The notes: generated from the letters alone by a model not told the origin. A DNA stretch of 54,277 bases from Bacteroidia bacterium (GCA_043750455.1 JAYVBN010000094.1:1-54277), one strand, 5' to 3'. Positions 9,841-18,782 are shown, counted from the stretch's first letter. A program made the numbers and translations.

Positions 9841-10962
9841 CTATTTTTTAAACAACAATTTTCCAGAGAAAAATAGTAATGGTAAACCGTAAACCGCAAT
9901 CATCGCGTAAGCCATAATGGTATATCCTTTTGCCACCAAATCAATAATGCCTACTTGAGCAAGAATCAACGAAGCAACAAGCGCAACCCCAGCAATGAGT
10001 GCCTTGGTTGTTTTTTTGAGAGGTTCCGATTTTCGTTCCGTCATTTCCTTTTCTATGCGATGGATAAATGCATGAATCATTCCAGTTGCAGTTTCCACCA
10101 GTGTCCATCCCACTACAATTCCAAAAATCACGATGAATATGGGATGAAACGCATTTAACACCATTAACCAAGGCACGGTGGAGGCTAGCACATTTTTATC
10201 GGGGTAATATGCCATTAGTGCGAAGTAGGTGAGAAACCAAGGTATGGTCATGAGTAAGCCAGAGATGACACCGGCATAAATACTTTCACGTCTGGAGTGG
10301 ATTCCTTTGTAGGTAAAAAACGAGGCGGGATACACGGCCAGATTATAACCCACATATAAAATGCCTGTCCAAAGTAATAGCCACAAACTTGGCGCTTCAT
10401 CCAAATAGCTTGTATCCCACTTCGAAAAAGTGGACATGATTTCTGTTCCTCTGCTTGAAAACACGGCTATCGCAAAAAGAATGTAAGCAGCAAAAAGTGC
10501 AATCGTTCCGATCGTTTCCAGTTTGGCGATTACATCATCACCTTTATAGTTGAGGAAACCAACCAACACAATGATTAAGATCACACCAACCCATCTGTTG
10601 AATCCTAATGTGCTATTAAGAATTTCTCCGGCAGCAGATGCCATCACAGCAATGATCAGAATGGCCAACATCAGATACACGATCTCATAAGCGAACCATC
10701 CTTTGCCGATTAATTTTTTCAACAGCGATTTATAATCATACACTTGCCATTGTCGACACGCTTCCATCGACAAAATGGAAATGAGGGAGAATCCAAAAAA
10801 GATAGCGAGCCCGCTGATCCAGCCGCTTGCTCCAAATTTTCCTCCGTATTCAACTATTTCTCGTCCTGTTGCATAGCCACCACCGATGAGGACAGATTGA
10901 AGGATGATACCGGGAAGAAGTATTCTTCCGAATCGTGAGGTGCTTTGTGTGAGTTCAGCCAA
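9841..10962 (-). CDS. YkvI-like multi-pass membrane protein (putative transporter)
   Basis: IGGGYATGREIVEY motif; about 10 hydrophobic segments. Confidence 0.78.
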   Translation of the reverse strand: MAELTQSTSRFGRILLPGIILQSVLIGGGYATGREIVEYGGKFGASGWISGLAIFFGFSLISILSMEACRQWQVYDYKSLLKKLIGKGWFAYEIVYLMLAILIIAVMASAAGEILNSTLGFNRWVGVILIIVLVGFLNYKGDDVIAKLETIGTIALFAAYILFAIAVFSSRGTEIMSTFSKWDTSYLDEAPSLWLLLWTGILYVGYNLAVYPASFFTYKGIHSRRESIYAGVISGLLMTIPWFLTYFALMAYYPDKNVLASTVPWLMVLNAFHPIFIVIFGIVVGWTLVETATGMIHAFIHRIEKEMTERKSEPLKKTTKALIAGVALVASLILAQVGIIDLVAKGYTIMAYAMIAVYGLPLLFFSGKLLFKK

Positions 10963-11102
10963 TGTCTTAAAATTTAAGGCGTTAATATAGGAAGAATAGA
11001 TTGGGATTGATTCGAATAGAAATTTGAAAAAGACCCATGTTACGCAAAATGGCCAAACTATTTTTCAGGTAAGGGAATAACTATGGATTTACCCCTGCTG
11101 GT

Positions 11103-11180
11103 TTAGCACTCCTCACTATTTCTGTTCAGGCCATTCAATCTGCTGTTGCCAATCCGGTGAAGTCGTTGAAGACGGAGTGA
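11103..11180 (+). pseudogene. 3' remnant of a MacB/FtsX-type ABC permease gene
   Basis: Translates LALLTISVQAIQSAVANPVKSLKTE*, the characteristic Bacteroidota permease C-terminus; in-frame stop at 11070 upstream and no ATG. Confidence 0.75.
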
Positions 11181-11202
11181 GTTTAAAGTTTTTTTATCTT
11201 AT

Positions 11203-12228
11203 CTAAAAATTGTTTACAGAAACCTTGATTTCTCCTTCAGAAAAATGTGATGTAGCCCAACATACACCATTATTTACTTCCCCTTTTATATTATAAAACA
11301 TGAATATTCTTTCGGCTTTTTTGAATACGTGTCTCCTTATAAGATTCGCTATCCATTCAAGGGACGCTTTGTTAACCCTTGATTCAAGTAAGATTTCAAT
11401 AGTTGCTTTTCTATTTATCCAAGAATAGTCCTTTTCAACTATCGTATATTTTACAGAAGTGGAGCCAGTTACACTTGAAGCGATTTCTTGTAAGTAAGTA
11501 AGTCTTTTGTTATAAATATCGTTCATTGGCATAGCATCAAAATCATATGATTTAACTACCTGAATCATTTGGTAATAGTCTATTCCCCTTCCTTGAAGTC
11601 GATTCATTATAGCCTCCTTGTTTTTATCTTCCATTCTAAGGCCAAAATAAATTGACTTAACAGCATTGAAGTTGTATGCCTGCTCTCCAAATCGGTCAAT
11701 TATTAATCTGTGTTCTTCTTCATATTCCCATCTTTTTGATTTATGACAAGCAATCTTTTTAATAATTGATAAAACATCTTGACCAGATTTAGAAACTTCA
11801 TCTATGCCAATTTGTGGCGGAGTATTCGAATATGATACTGGCAAAGAGTATATTTTTTCCACTTTGTAAGCATCAATCAATACTTCTAAATCATATTCAA
11901 TACAAAATCCGAAGTGAGAATTAGCATAATGAGCCCACAATAATTCGTCTTTGTAAGTTTTAGACAAAGAGTAAATGCCTATCTCATTTCTTCTGTCAAT
12001 TAGACTCGTTAAAGCGTCCTTGACTTTTTCAAGATGTTGTTTTGAGTTTGGTTCTAATAGTTTAGAGAATAAGTCAGTCTGCTGATTAAACTTGTCCGAA
12101 AAAACCATTGTTTCGCAGGGGTCGTTTAATTTTTTAAAGCTAGGTGCGTAAAAGCAATTTTCTTCAAGTGAATCCAAATCCCTTTTGAACGTCACTTCAT
12201 CGCCATATCTGTATTTGTAGACTTTCAT
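11203..12228 (-). CDS. DUF2971 domain protein with C-terminal extension
   Basis: YKYR, LNDPCE, LLWAHYANSHFGFCIEY, KSKRWEYEEEHR motifs; visibly AT-rich. Confidence 0.82.
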   Translation of the reverse strand: MKVYKYRYGDEVTFKRDLDSLEENCFYAPSFKKLNDPCETMVFSDKFNQQTDLFSKLLEPNSKQHLEKVKDALTSLIDRRNEIGIYSLSKTYKDELLWAHYANSHFGFCIEYDLEVLIDAYKVEKIYSLPVSYSNTPPQIGIDEVSKSGQDVLSIIKKIACHKSKRWEYEEEHRLIIDRFGEQAYNFNAVKSIYFGLRMEDKNKEAIMNRLQGRGIDYYQMIQVVKSYDFDAMPMNDIYNKRLTYLQEIASSVTGSTSVKYTIVEKDYSWINRKATIEILLESRVNKASLEWIANLIRRHVFKKAERIFMFYNIKGEVNNGVCWATSHFSEGEIKVSVNNF

Positions 12229-12252
12229 CTTTTTCTAGCATATCCGAGGCAC

Positions 12253-13110
12253 TCAAAACCCACTCGCCTTCGCCATCTCCCAACCGATGATACTTTTCTT
12301 TCGTGTGGAGTTCCATCGATACTCTCCTAAAATTCCATCTTTGCGAATTACTCTGTGACAAGGAATCAAATATGCAATGTGATTGGAACCAACAGCAGAG
12401 CCAACCGCCTGCATGGCTTTCGGATTTTGAATGCTTTCGGCAACCCCCTGATAAGTAGTCACTCCACCCATTGGAATTTTTAGAAGAGCGTGCCAGACTT
12501 TGATTTGAAAATTTGTTCCTTTAACGAAGACGTGCAACTTACTTTGCGTCATTGCGCCTTTGCGGTTAAAAATTTGATCAATGAAGGAATTTGTCAACTG
12601 TTGACCCTGATGAAAAACAGAATTATGCCAGTGCTCTTTCATTTTTTCCAATTCAAACTTCGGATCTTCATCGGTGCTGATAAACGACAGCCAGCAAATG
12701 CCACGCTCTGTTACACCAATCAAACAAAGTCCGAAAGGTGTTTCATGCATTCCGTATTCGACACGAATGCCCGAACCTTTTTGTTTATACTCTTGTGGTG
12801 TCACCGCTTCAAGCGTAGTAAACAAATCATACACTCTCGATTGACTTGAAAGTCCGGCATGTTCTGCCGCTTCCACTAGGTTCTTGGATTGCTGCAATTT
12901 CTCTTTTAGAAAATCTACGGTGAGGTATTGCAAAAACCGCTTCGGACTGATGCCCACCCAATCCGTAAAGATCCGTTGGAAATGAAACGGAGAGAGATGT
13001 ACTTTTTCGGCCACCTCATCCAACTCCGGCTGACGCTGAAAATTTTTTTCCAGGTACTGAATGGCCTGCTCGATGCGCAGGTAGTTGATATTTTGTTCGA
13101 TCACCATCAT
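12253..13110 (-). CDS. ada: AraC-HTH / methylated-DNA-protein-cysteine methyltransferase (Ada-like, no Zn sensor domain)
   Basis: HLSPFHFQRIFTDWVGISPK HTH; GTNFQ; IPCHRVI active site. Confidence 0.9.
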   Translation of the reverse strand: MMVIEQNINYLRIEQAIQYLEKNFQRQPELDEVAEKVHLSPFHFQRIFTDWVGISPKRFLQYLTVDFLKEKLQQSKNLVEAAEHAGLSSQSRVYDLFTTLEAVTPQEYKQKGSGIRVEYGMHETPFGLCLIGVTERGICWLSFISTDEDPKFELEKMKEHWHNSVFHQGQQLTNSFIDQIFNRKGAMTQSKLHVFVKGTNFQIKVWHALLKIPMGGVTTYQGVAESIQNPKAMQAVGSAVGSNHIAYLIPCHRVIRKDGILGEYRWNSTRKKSIIGWEMAKASGF

Positions 13111-13161
13111 AAAGATATTGTTTTTTGATGTATCAAAATTGATTGATTAGGCTTGTGAACA

Positions 13162-13176
13162 CAACCCGTTTCTTGC
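13162..13176 (-). promoter_or_regulatory. Putative Ada-type activator box (GCAAGAAACGGGTTG), copy 1
   Basis: Identical 15-mer at 17683-17697 with the same spacing to a degenerate -7 element. Confidence 0.6.
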
Positions 13177-13179
13177 TTA

Positions 13180-13240
13180 CCTCACCCCGCCAAAAGCCTT
13201 ACTACTAGCACAAACATATTCCCTCTCCTGCAGGAGGGGG
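13180..13240. repeat. CCTCACCCC...CCCTCTCC-nnnn-GGAGGGGG palindromic intergenic element
   Basis: CCTCACCCC at 13180 and near-perfect palindrome CCCTCTCCTGCAGGAGGGGG at 13221-13240. Confidence 0.5.
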
Positions 13241-13373
13241 TGGCTGAATTGGGATAAGGAACGAACTTGGATGGGTGAGATATTTCATGACAATTCTTAA
13301 ATCCCATTCACATAATTCTGGCAATAATCTTTCAAACATTTTCTTAGCTTTAATGGAAAATAATTTCAGTCTC

Positions 13374-15083
13374 ATGAACCTAAACATTGACGCAGAAAAA
13401 CAGAATACGTACGATGCCATTGTAGTGGGCACGGGTATCAGTGGCGGTTGGGCCGCAAAGGAATTAACAGAAAAAGGATTAAAAACTTTGGTGTTGGAGC
13501 GGGGGCGAGCGGTAAAACACGTGACGGACTATCCGACTATGACAAAAGACCCGTGGCAACTTCCGCTTGCCAATAAGTTACCTGCTGAGGAAATGAAATT
13601 TTATCCGGTGCAATCGCGTACCAACTGGGTGAATCAAGCCAACAAACATTGGTGGGTGAAAGACACTGAAAATCCATATACAGAAGTAAAACCGTTTGAT
13701 TGGATACGAGGATATCATGAAGGTGGCCGCTCTATCATGTGGGGCAAGCAAACATATCGTTTATCAGATCTAGACTTTGAAGCCAATGCAAAAGATGGCG
13801 TTGGTGTTGACTGGCCTGTTCGCTATGCGGATATGTCTCCGTGGTATGATTATGTAGAATCTTATATTGGTGTCAGCGGTCGCAACGAAGGACTTGCTCA
13901 TCTTCCGGATGGAAAATTTCTTCCTCCCATGGAATTAAATTGTGTAGAAGAAGTTTTTCGCGATAAGCTTGCTGAGAAATTTAATGGGCGAAAGCTTACT
14001 ATCGGTCGCGTTGCGCATCTCACAGCTGCATTGCCTCACGATCCTAACCGTGGAATTTGTCAATCGAGAAATATGTGCGATCGTGGCTGTCCGTATGGTG
14101 CCTACTTCAGCAGCAATTCATCAACGTTGCCAGCGGCAACCAGAACAGGTAACATGACATTGCGCCCACACTCTATTGTGCATTCAGTTATCTATGATGA
14201 AACAAAAGGAAAAGCGATAGGTGTAAAAGTGCTTGATGCTGAAACAAAAGAGGAGATTGATTTCTTTGCGAAAATTATTTTCTTGAATGCCTCAACACTT
14301 GGCAGTACATTCATTTTGCTCAACTCAACATCTAAACGTTTTCCAAATGGCATGGGCAATGGTAGTGATCAACTCGGTCACAATCTAATGGATCACCAAT
14401 ACAGGACAGGTGCCGATGCCAAAGTGGAGGGCTTCGAGGATAAGTATTATATCGGGCGAAGGCCAAACGGAATTTATATTCCCCGTTTCCGCAATGTCGG
14501 TAATGATAAGAGAACAGATTTCATTCGTGGATTTGGGTATCAGGGATCGGCCAGTCGCGAGGGTTGGGCAAGAGGTGTAAAAGAAATGGCGTATGGTGAA
14601 GAATTAAAAAATTCATTGACGGAACCAGGTGAGTGGAGCATTGGCATTACAGGCTTTGGAGAGTGCCTGCCGTATCATGAAAATAAAGTAAGTATCAATA
14701 AGGAGAAGAAAGATGTTTATGGATTGCCGACTTTAAATATCGATGCGGAATGGAAGGCCAATGAAAAAGCAATGCGAAAAGATATGAAGGAAAGTGCCGC
14801 GGAAATGTTAGAGGCTGCAGGATTTAAGAATGTTAATATGTACGACAATCCAGATAACATTGGACTTGGTATACATGAAATGGGTACGGCACGAATGGGC
14901 AAAAACCCAAAGACGTCTGTGTTGAATAAGTGGAACCAGGTACATGAAGCGAAGAATGTTTTTGTTACAGACGGAGCAGCGATGACTTCTTCTGCTTGTC
15001 AAAATCCTTCATTGACTTATATGGCACTTACCGCACGAGCAGCCGACTATGCGGTGAATGAATTGAAAAAAGGAAACTTGTAA
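13374..15083 (+). CDS. GMC family oxidoreductase (glycoside 3-dehydrogenase flavoprotein-like)
   Basis: GTGISG FAD motif, CxxxxxCxxGCP cluster, HEMGTARMG, QNPSLTYMA; start probably 13374 or 13353 rather than 13275. Confidence 0.9.
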   Translation: MNLNIDAEKQNTYDAIVVGTGISGGWAAKELTEKGLKTLVLERGRAVKHVTDYPTMTKDPWQLPLANKLPAEEMKFYPVQSRTNWVNQANKHWWVKDTENPYTEVKPFDWIRGYHEGGRSIMWGKQTYRLSDLDFEANAKDGVGVDWPVRYADMSPWYDYVESYIGVSGRNEGLAHLPDGKFLPPMELNCVEEVFRDKLAEKFNGRKLTIGRVAHLTAALPHDPNRGICQSRNMCDRGCPYGAYFSSNSSTLPAATRTGNMTLRPHSIVHSVIYDETKGKAIGVKVLDAETKEEIDFFAKIIFLNASTLGSTFILLNSTSKRFPNGMGNGSDQLGHNLMDHQYRTGADAKVEGFEDKYYIGRRPNGIYIPRFRNVGNDKRTDFIRGFGYQGSASREGWARGVKEMAYGEELKNSLTEPGEWSIGITGFGECLPYHENKVSINKEKKDVYGLPTLNIDAEWKANEKAMRKDMKESAAEMLEAAGFKNVNMYDNPDNIGLGIHEMGTARMGKNPKTSVLNKWNQVHEAKNVFVTDGAAMTSSACQNPSLTYMALTARAADYAVNELKKGNL

Positions 15084-15105
15084 CTGTATTCTCAAAAATA
15101 CTAAT

Positions 15106-15708
15106 ATGAACAGAAGAGAAGCAATCCAACAAACAGCCCTTGTGTTGGGCTATGCCATAACAGGCCCTGCTTTGGTGGGAGTATTAAACGGCTGCAAGGC
15201 TACACCAGAACTTGGCTACCAACCAGTATTCTTCACAGAGGATCAGGCAAACCTGATAGGAGAACTCGCTGAAATTATTTTGCCTAAGACAAGCACGCCC
15301 GGAGCAAAAGCAGCTGGCGTGCCCGGTTTTATAGATAGCATGCTAAAAGAAGTTTATCAAAAAGAAGATCAGGATAAATTTTTGAATGGCCTTGCTGAGT
15401 TTGATGACGATGCCAAAAAAATATTTGGCAATTCATTCAATGATTGTGATCCAGATGAGCAGAAAGAACACTTTAAGAAGCATCATGATGAGGCACTGTC
15501 AAAATCTGCAGATGGTGAATCAACAGGATGGTGGAATACCGGAGGAGGAAGCGACAAGCCTTTTGTTTTAAAAATGAAAGAGCTGACGCTGCTCGGATTT
15601 TTCACCAGTGAACCAGGCGCAACCCAGGTGTTGCAATACAACCAGGTACCAGGACCATTTCAGGGATGTGTACCGTTGGCAGATGTTGGTAAGACATGGG
15701 CGAGTTGA
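15106..15708 (+). CDS. Gluconate 2-dehydrogenase subunit 3 family protein (Tat-exported partner of the GMC enzyme)
   Basis: MNRR twin-arginine leader with Cys; ILPKTSTPGA; GFFTSEPGA; adjacent to the GMC gene. Confidence 0.88.
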   Translation: MNRREAIQQTALVLGYAITGPALVGVLNGCKATPELGYQPVFFTEDQANLIGELAEIILPKTSTPGAKAAGVPGFIDSMLKEVYQKEDQDKFLNGLAEFDDDAKKIFGNSFNDCDPDEQKEHFKKHHDEALSKSADGESTGWWNTGGGSDKPFVLKMKELTLLGFFTSEPGATQVLQYNQVPGPFQGCVPLADVGKTWAS

Positions 15709-15713
15709 ATAAT

Positions 15714-15741
15714 AGGCAATTGGCAACAGGAAGTAGGCAAT
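15714..15741 (+). repeat. 7-bp tandem repeat (AGGCAAT-like) x4
   Basis: AGGCAAT TGGCAAC AGGAAGT AGGCAAT. Confidence 0.55.
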
Positions 15742-15775
15742 AGTTTGGAGTTAAAATCAATTAATAATAAAACAT

Positions 15776-16684
15776 ATGCACATGAAGAGGACAATAGTAT
15801 TGAATTTTATTTTGCTTGCATGCTTAGGTGTTTTTGCACAAGGCAACAATATGGATACGGTGAAAATCCGGCCAGTGAAAGTCACCGACAATATTTACAT
15901 GTTGAAAGGATCAGGCGGTAATATTGGTGTGTTAATCGGAAAAGACGGGACGTTAATGATTGATGATCAATTTGCTCCCCTGTCGAATAAGATTAATGGA
16001 GCGATCAAAACACTTGACCCGGGTGAGATTCGATTTCTGATCAACACGCATCTTCATGGAGATCACTCTGGAGGAAATGAGAACTTCAAGCGGATGGGGG
16101 TAACAATTGCTGCTCATGATAATGTACGGCAACGAATGAGTAAGGAGCAAGTGAATCGTCAGAACCAGATAGTTCCGCCCAGGGACAAGAGTGCATGGCC
16201 GGAGATTACCTTTTCGGATAAATTGAATTTTCATTTAAACGATGAAGATGTAGTTCTCCATCATTTTGATCCAGGGCACACCGATGGTGACCTGATTGTA
16301 CAATTTAAAAACGCAAATGTTGTACACACTGGTGATGCCTTCGTACGTTACGGTTATCCATTCATAGATGTTTCAAGTGGAGGATCGGTAAACGGATTCA
16401 TATCTACATTGGATAAAATCCTACTCTTGATAGACGACAATACGAAAGTCATTCCTGGCCACGGTGAACTGGCCACTAAGGCGGATGTTAAAAAAGTAAG
16501 AGACGCAGTAGCAGACATTCGCGATCAGATAGCTGCTGCCTTGAAGAAGGGAAAGAAAATGGAAGACATTCCAGCTTTGGGCATTACCGATAAGTACGAT
16601 GCCGATTTGGGAAAAGGTTTTGTAAAAGGAAAAGATTTTGCATTGATGATTGCGGGTACTATTGTGAATACTTCAGGAAAGTAA
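15776..16684 (+). CDS. MBL-fold metallo-hydrolase (cyclase-like), secreted
   Basis: THLHGDHSGGN, GHTDGD, IPGHG motifs. Confidence 0.9.
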   Translation: MHMKRTIVLNFILLACLGVFAQGNNMDTVKIRPVKVTDNIYMLKGSGGNIGVLIGKDGTLMIDDQFAPLSNKINGAIKTLDPGEIRFLINTHLHGDHSGGNENFKRMGVTIAAHDNVRQRMSKEQVNRQNQIVPPRDKSAWPEITFSDKLNFHLNDEDVVLHHFDPGHTDGDLIVQFKNANVVHTGDAFVRYGYPFIDVSSGGSVNGFISTLDKILLLIDDNTKVIPGHGELATKADVKKVRDAVADIRDQIAAALKKGKKMEDIPALGITDKYDADLGKGFVKGKDFALMIAGTIVNTSGK

Positions 16685-16914
16685 TTTCCATTTCACATAT
16701 GCCTTTCGCAGGCAATGACCACAAGGACGGAAGCCAAGTTGTATGGCTTCCGTTTCGTTTTTAAAGAATACGCGATTTTCTTTTTTCATTCGCTTACCCG
16801 ATGTACAAGTAGCAAGCCATAGATTTTTAATCGAACATTTCCGGCAATAGTAATTGTTCCATTTCTGAAATGTTTTGATAGCTCTTCCTTTGTAAGTTGT
16901 TGATGTACTAACAT
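16673..16914 (-). pseudogene. Stand-alone Ada metal-binding-domain protein, 1-nt frameshift near 16811
   Basis: Two frames join to MLVHQQLTKEELSKHFRNGTITIAGNVRLKIYGL(L)TCTSGKRMKKENRVFFKNETEAIQLGFRPCGHCLRKAYVKWKLLS*; ENRVFF...EA...GFRPCxxC is the Ada N-domain signature; span 242 nt (3n-1). Confidence 0.85.
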
Positions 16915-16946
16915 TTTCAAATCAACTAATTTTCAAATCATCAAAT
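16915..16946. repeat. 8-bp tandem repeat x4
   Basis: TTTCAAAT CAACTAAT TTTCAAAT CATCAAAT; reverse-complement family of the array at 40694. Confidence 0.6.
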
Positions 16947-17644
16947 TAAAACGCATCATGAAAAATAATTCCCAACGCATAACGTACACCTGATTTTACT
17001 TCACTTATACCATGTTTCATGTTCGCACGATAGTAGCCCTTTGTTCCCTTGACTGGCCTGAAATTGGTAGTGAAGATGACAGCATCACCTTGATCTGGTG
17101 TTAATACCTCTGCCTTGGATTGCGCACGCGGAATTTGTTCAGTTAAAACGAATTCACCACCTTCAAAATCACGACCATGTTGAGTCAATGCTAGTACAAC
17201 CTGAAATGGGAAATAGACCTCCCCATATAAATCTTGGTGCAAGGTGTTGTAGCCGCCAGTCTCATAGCGCAAGATCAATGGAGTAGGTCTAATTTGTTGA
17301 TGTGCTTTACAGATATCAATCAGTTGTTGGTGTTTTTCTGGATAGATTGTAGTTAATGAAAGTTTTTGCATCCACTCGTTCGCAAGAGTTGAAAGCGGCT
17401 GATACAATTCTTCGCGCAGAAACTGAAGGGCTGGAGGCAATGGATAATTGAAATATTTGTACTCACCTTTACCAAATCTGTATCTTTGCATATTGATTAC
17501 ATTCCGATAAAGATGATTATCTGAATACATTCCTGACAGATGTTCGCATTCTTCTTTTGAAAGAACACCTTTAATAGACGCGTAGCCCTTTTCATTAAGG
17601 GATTGATAAATTGAATTCCAATCCATGCTTTCGATATTCTTCAT
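16946..17644 (-). CDS. 2OG-Fe(II) oxygenase (DUF2086/Oxygenase-NA type, alkylation-repair associated)
   Basis: RPTPLILRY, LHQDLYG (HxD), MKHG, RYALGIIFHDA. Confidence 0.88.
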   Translation of the reverse strand: MKNIESMDWNSIYQSLNEKGYASIKGVLSKEECEHLSGMYSDNHLYRNVINMQRYRFGKGEYKYFNYPLPPALQFLREELYQPLSTLANEWMQKLSLTTIYPEKHQQLIDICKAHQQIRPTPLILRYETGGYNTLHQDLYGEVYFPFQVVLALTQHGRDFEGGEFVLTEQIPRAQSKAEVLTPDQGDAVIFTTNFRPVKGTKGYYRANMKHGISEVKSGVRYALGIIFHDAF

Positions 17645-17682
17645 TGTTTTTGATCAAAAGTCTGGCTTGTGGCGAGGACACT

Positions 17683-17697
17683 CAACCCGTTTCTTGC
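17683..17697 (-). promoter_or_regulatory. Putative Ada-type activator box, copy 2
   Basis: Identical to 13162-13176; lies between the divergent oxygenase and alkA genes. Confidence 0.6.
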
Positions 17698-17748
17698 GAA
17701 CTAAAGTCACATCAACAGTAAATTGGCAGATTGTCTTTATACTTGCAG

Positions 17749-18630
17749 ATGCAGAAAATTTCGCTTTCAACGCCCGCAGAATTTAGTTTCGATTTGTGTT
17801 TATCTTTTTTGAAACGCTCACCACGCGAGGTGCTTCATAGAATAGAAGAGGAATCTGTTGTTAAGGCAATTTATGTAGATGATGAAATTGTTGTCTTCCG
17901 AATTCGTCATCAGGAAAATACATTGCAGATTGAATTTTTGACGAAGAAGGTTTCAACAAGCATTAGGAAGACGGTTTCTGATTATGTGCGCGAATGGTTT
18001 GATCTGGAGACTGATATAAAACCGTTCTATACAATGGCCAGGAGGGATGACTTACTGAAGGATCTTGTCAAGAAGTATTTTGGTTATCGAATTATTGGAC
18101 AGCCTGATTTATTCGAGTCTATCATTTGGGCAGTACTGGGACAGCAAATCAATTTGCAGTTTGCTTATACGCTGAAGCAAAGATTTGTAGAGCAATTTGG
18201 AGGATCTATTGAGATAAATGATCAAAAGTATTTTTTATTTCCGTCACCGGAAGTTGCGGCACAAATCACTGCTGATCAATTGCTGCCCCTTCAATTTTCA
18301 AGACAAAAGGCTGCCTATACTATTGGAATTGCAAAAGCTTTTGCTGACGGTGAATTATCAAAACAGAAACTGACAGGTTTACCCTTAAAGGAAGCCAAAG
18401 AAGAACTCATTAAAATTAAGGGCATTGGCAACTGGACAGCTAATTATGCGTTGATGAAAACTTTTCGTCATCCGGATGCTTTTCCGTTGGAGGACGCTGG
18501 CGTTCACAATGCGATTAAGAATTTAATGAACCTCAAATCGAAGCCCAGTCTTGACCGGGTAAAAAAGATCTATAGGAAATACAAAGGCTGGGAGGCGTAT
18601 GCTACTTTGTATTTGTGGAAGAGTCTATAA
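17749..18630 (+). CDS. alkA: DNA-3-methyladenine glycosylase II (HhH-GPD)
   Basis: LGQQI, LIKIKGIGNWTA helix-hairpin-helix, FPLEDAG; ATG 17749 preferred over TTG 17731. Confidence 0.88.
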   Translation: MQKISLSTPAEFSFDLCLSFLKRSPREVLHRIEEESVVKAIYVDDEIVVFRIRHQENTLQIEFLTKKVSTSIRKTVSDYVREWFDLETDIKPFYTMARRDDLLKDLVKKYFGYRIIGQPDLFESIIWAVLGQQINLQFAYTLKQRFVEQFGGSIEINDQKYFLFPSPEVAAQITADQLLPLQFSRQKAAYTIGIAKAFADGELSKQKLTGLPLKEAKEELIKIKGIGNWTANYALMKTFRHPDAFPLEDAGVHNAIKNLMNLKSKPSLDRVKKIYRKYKGWEAYATLYLWKSL

Positions 18631-18701
18631 AACTTACTCGCTGACTAAATACTCTCTACTTGTTCTGCTACGGGCATTTCAGCTCAATGGTTGTTCTAAA
18701 C

Positions 18702-18718
18702 TTAACTTTTATTTAACA
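18702..18718 (+). promoter_or_regulatory. TTAACT-N5-TTAACA direct repeat, possible site for the same response regulator
   Basis: Same hexamer and 11-bp period as 2975-3012. Confidence 0.35.
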
Positions 18719-18782
18719 AATACTTTCAGAAGGCTAAAATATTTCCCTATCGGAAAAGACTATAGCAATAAACACATTCATC

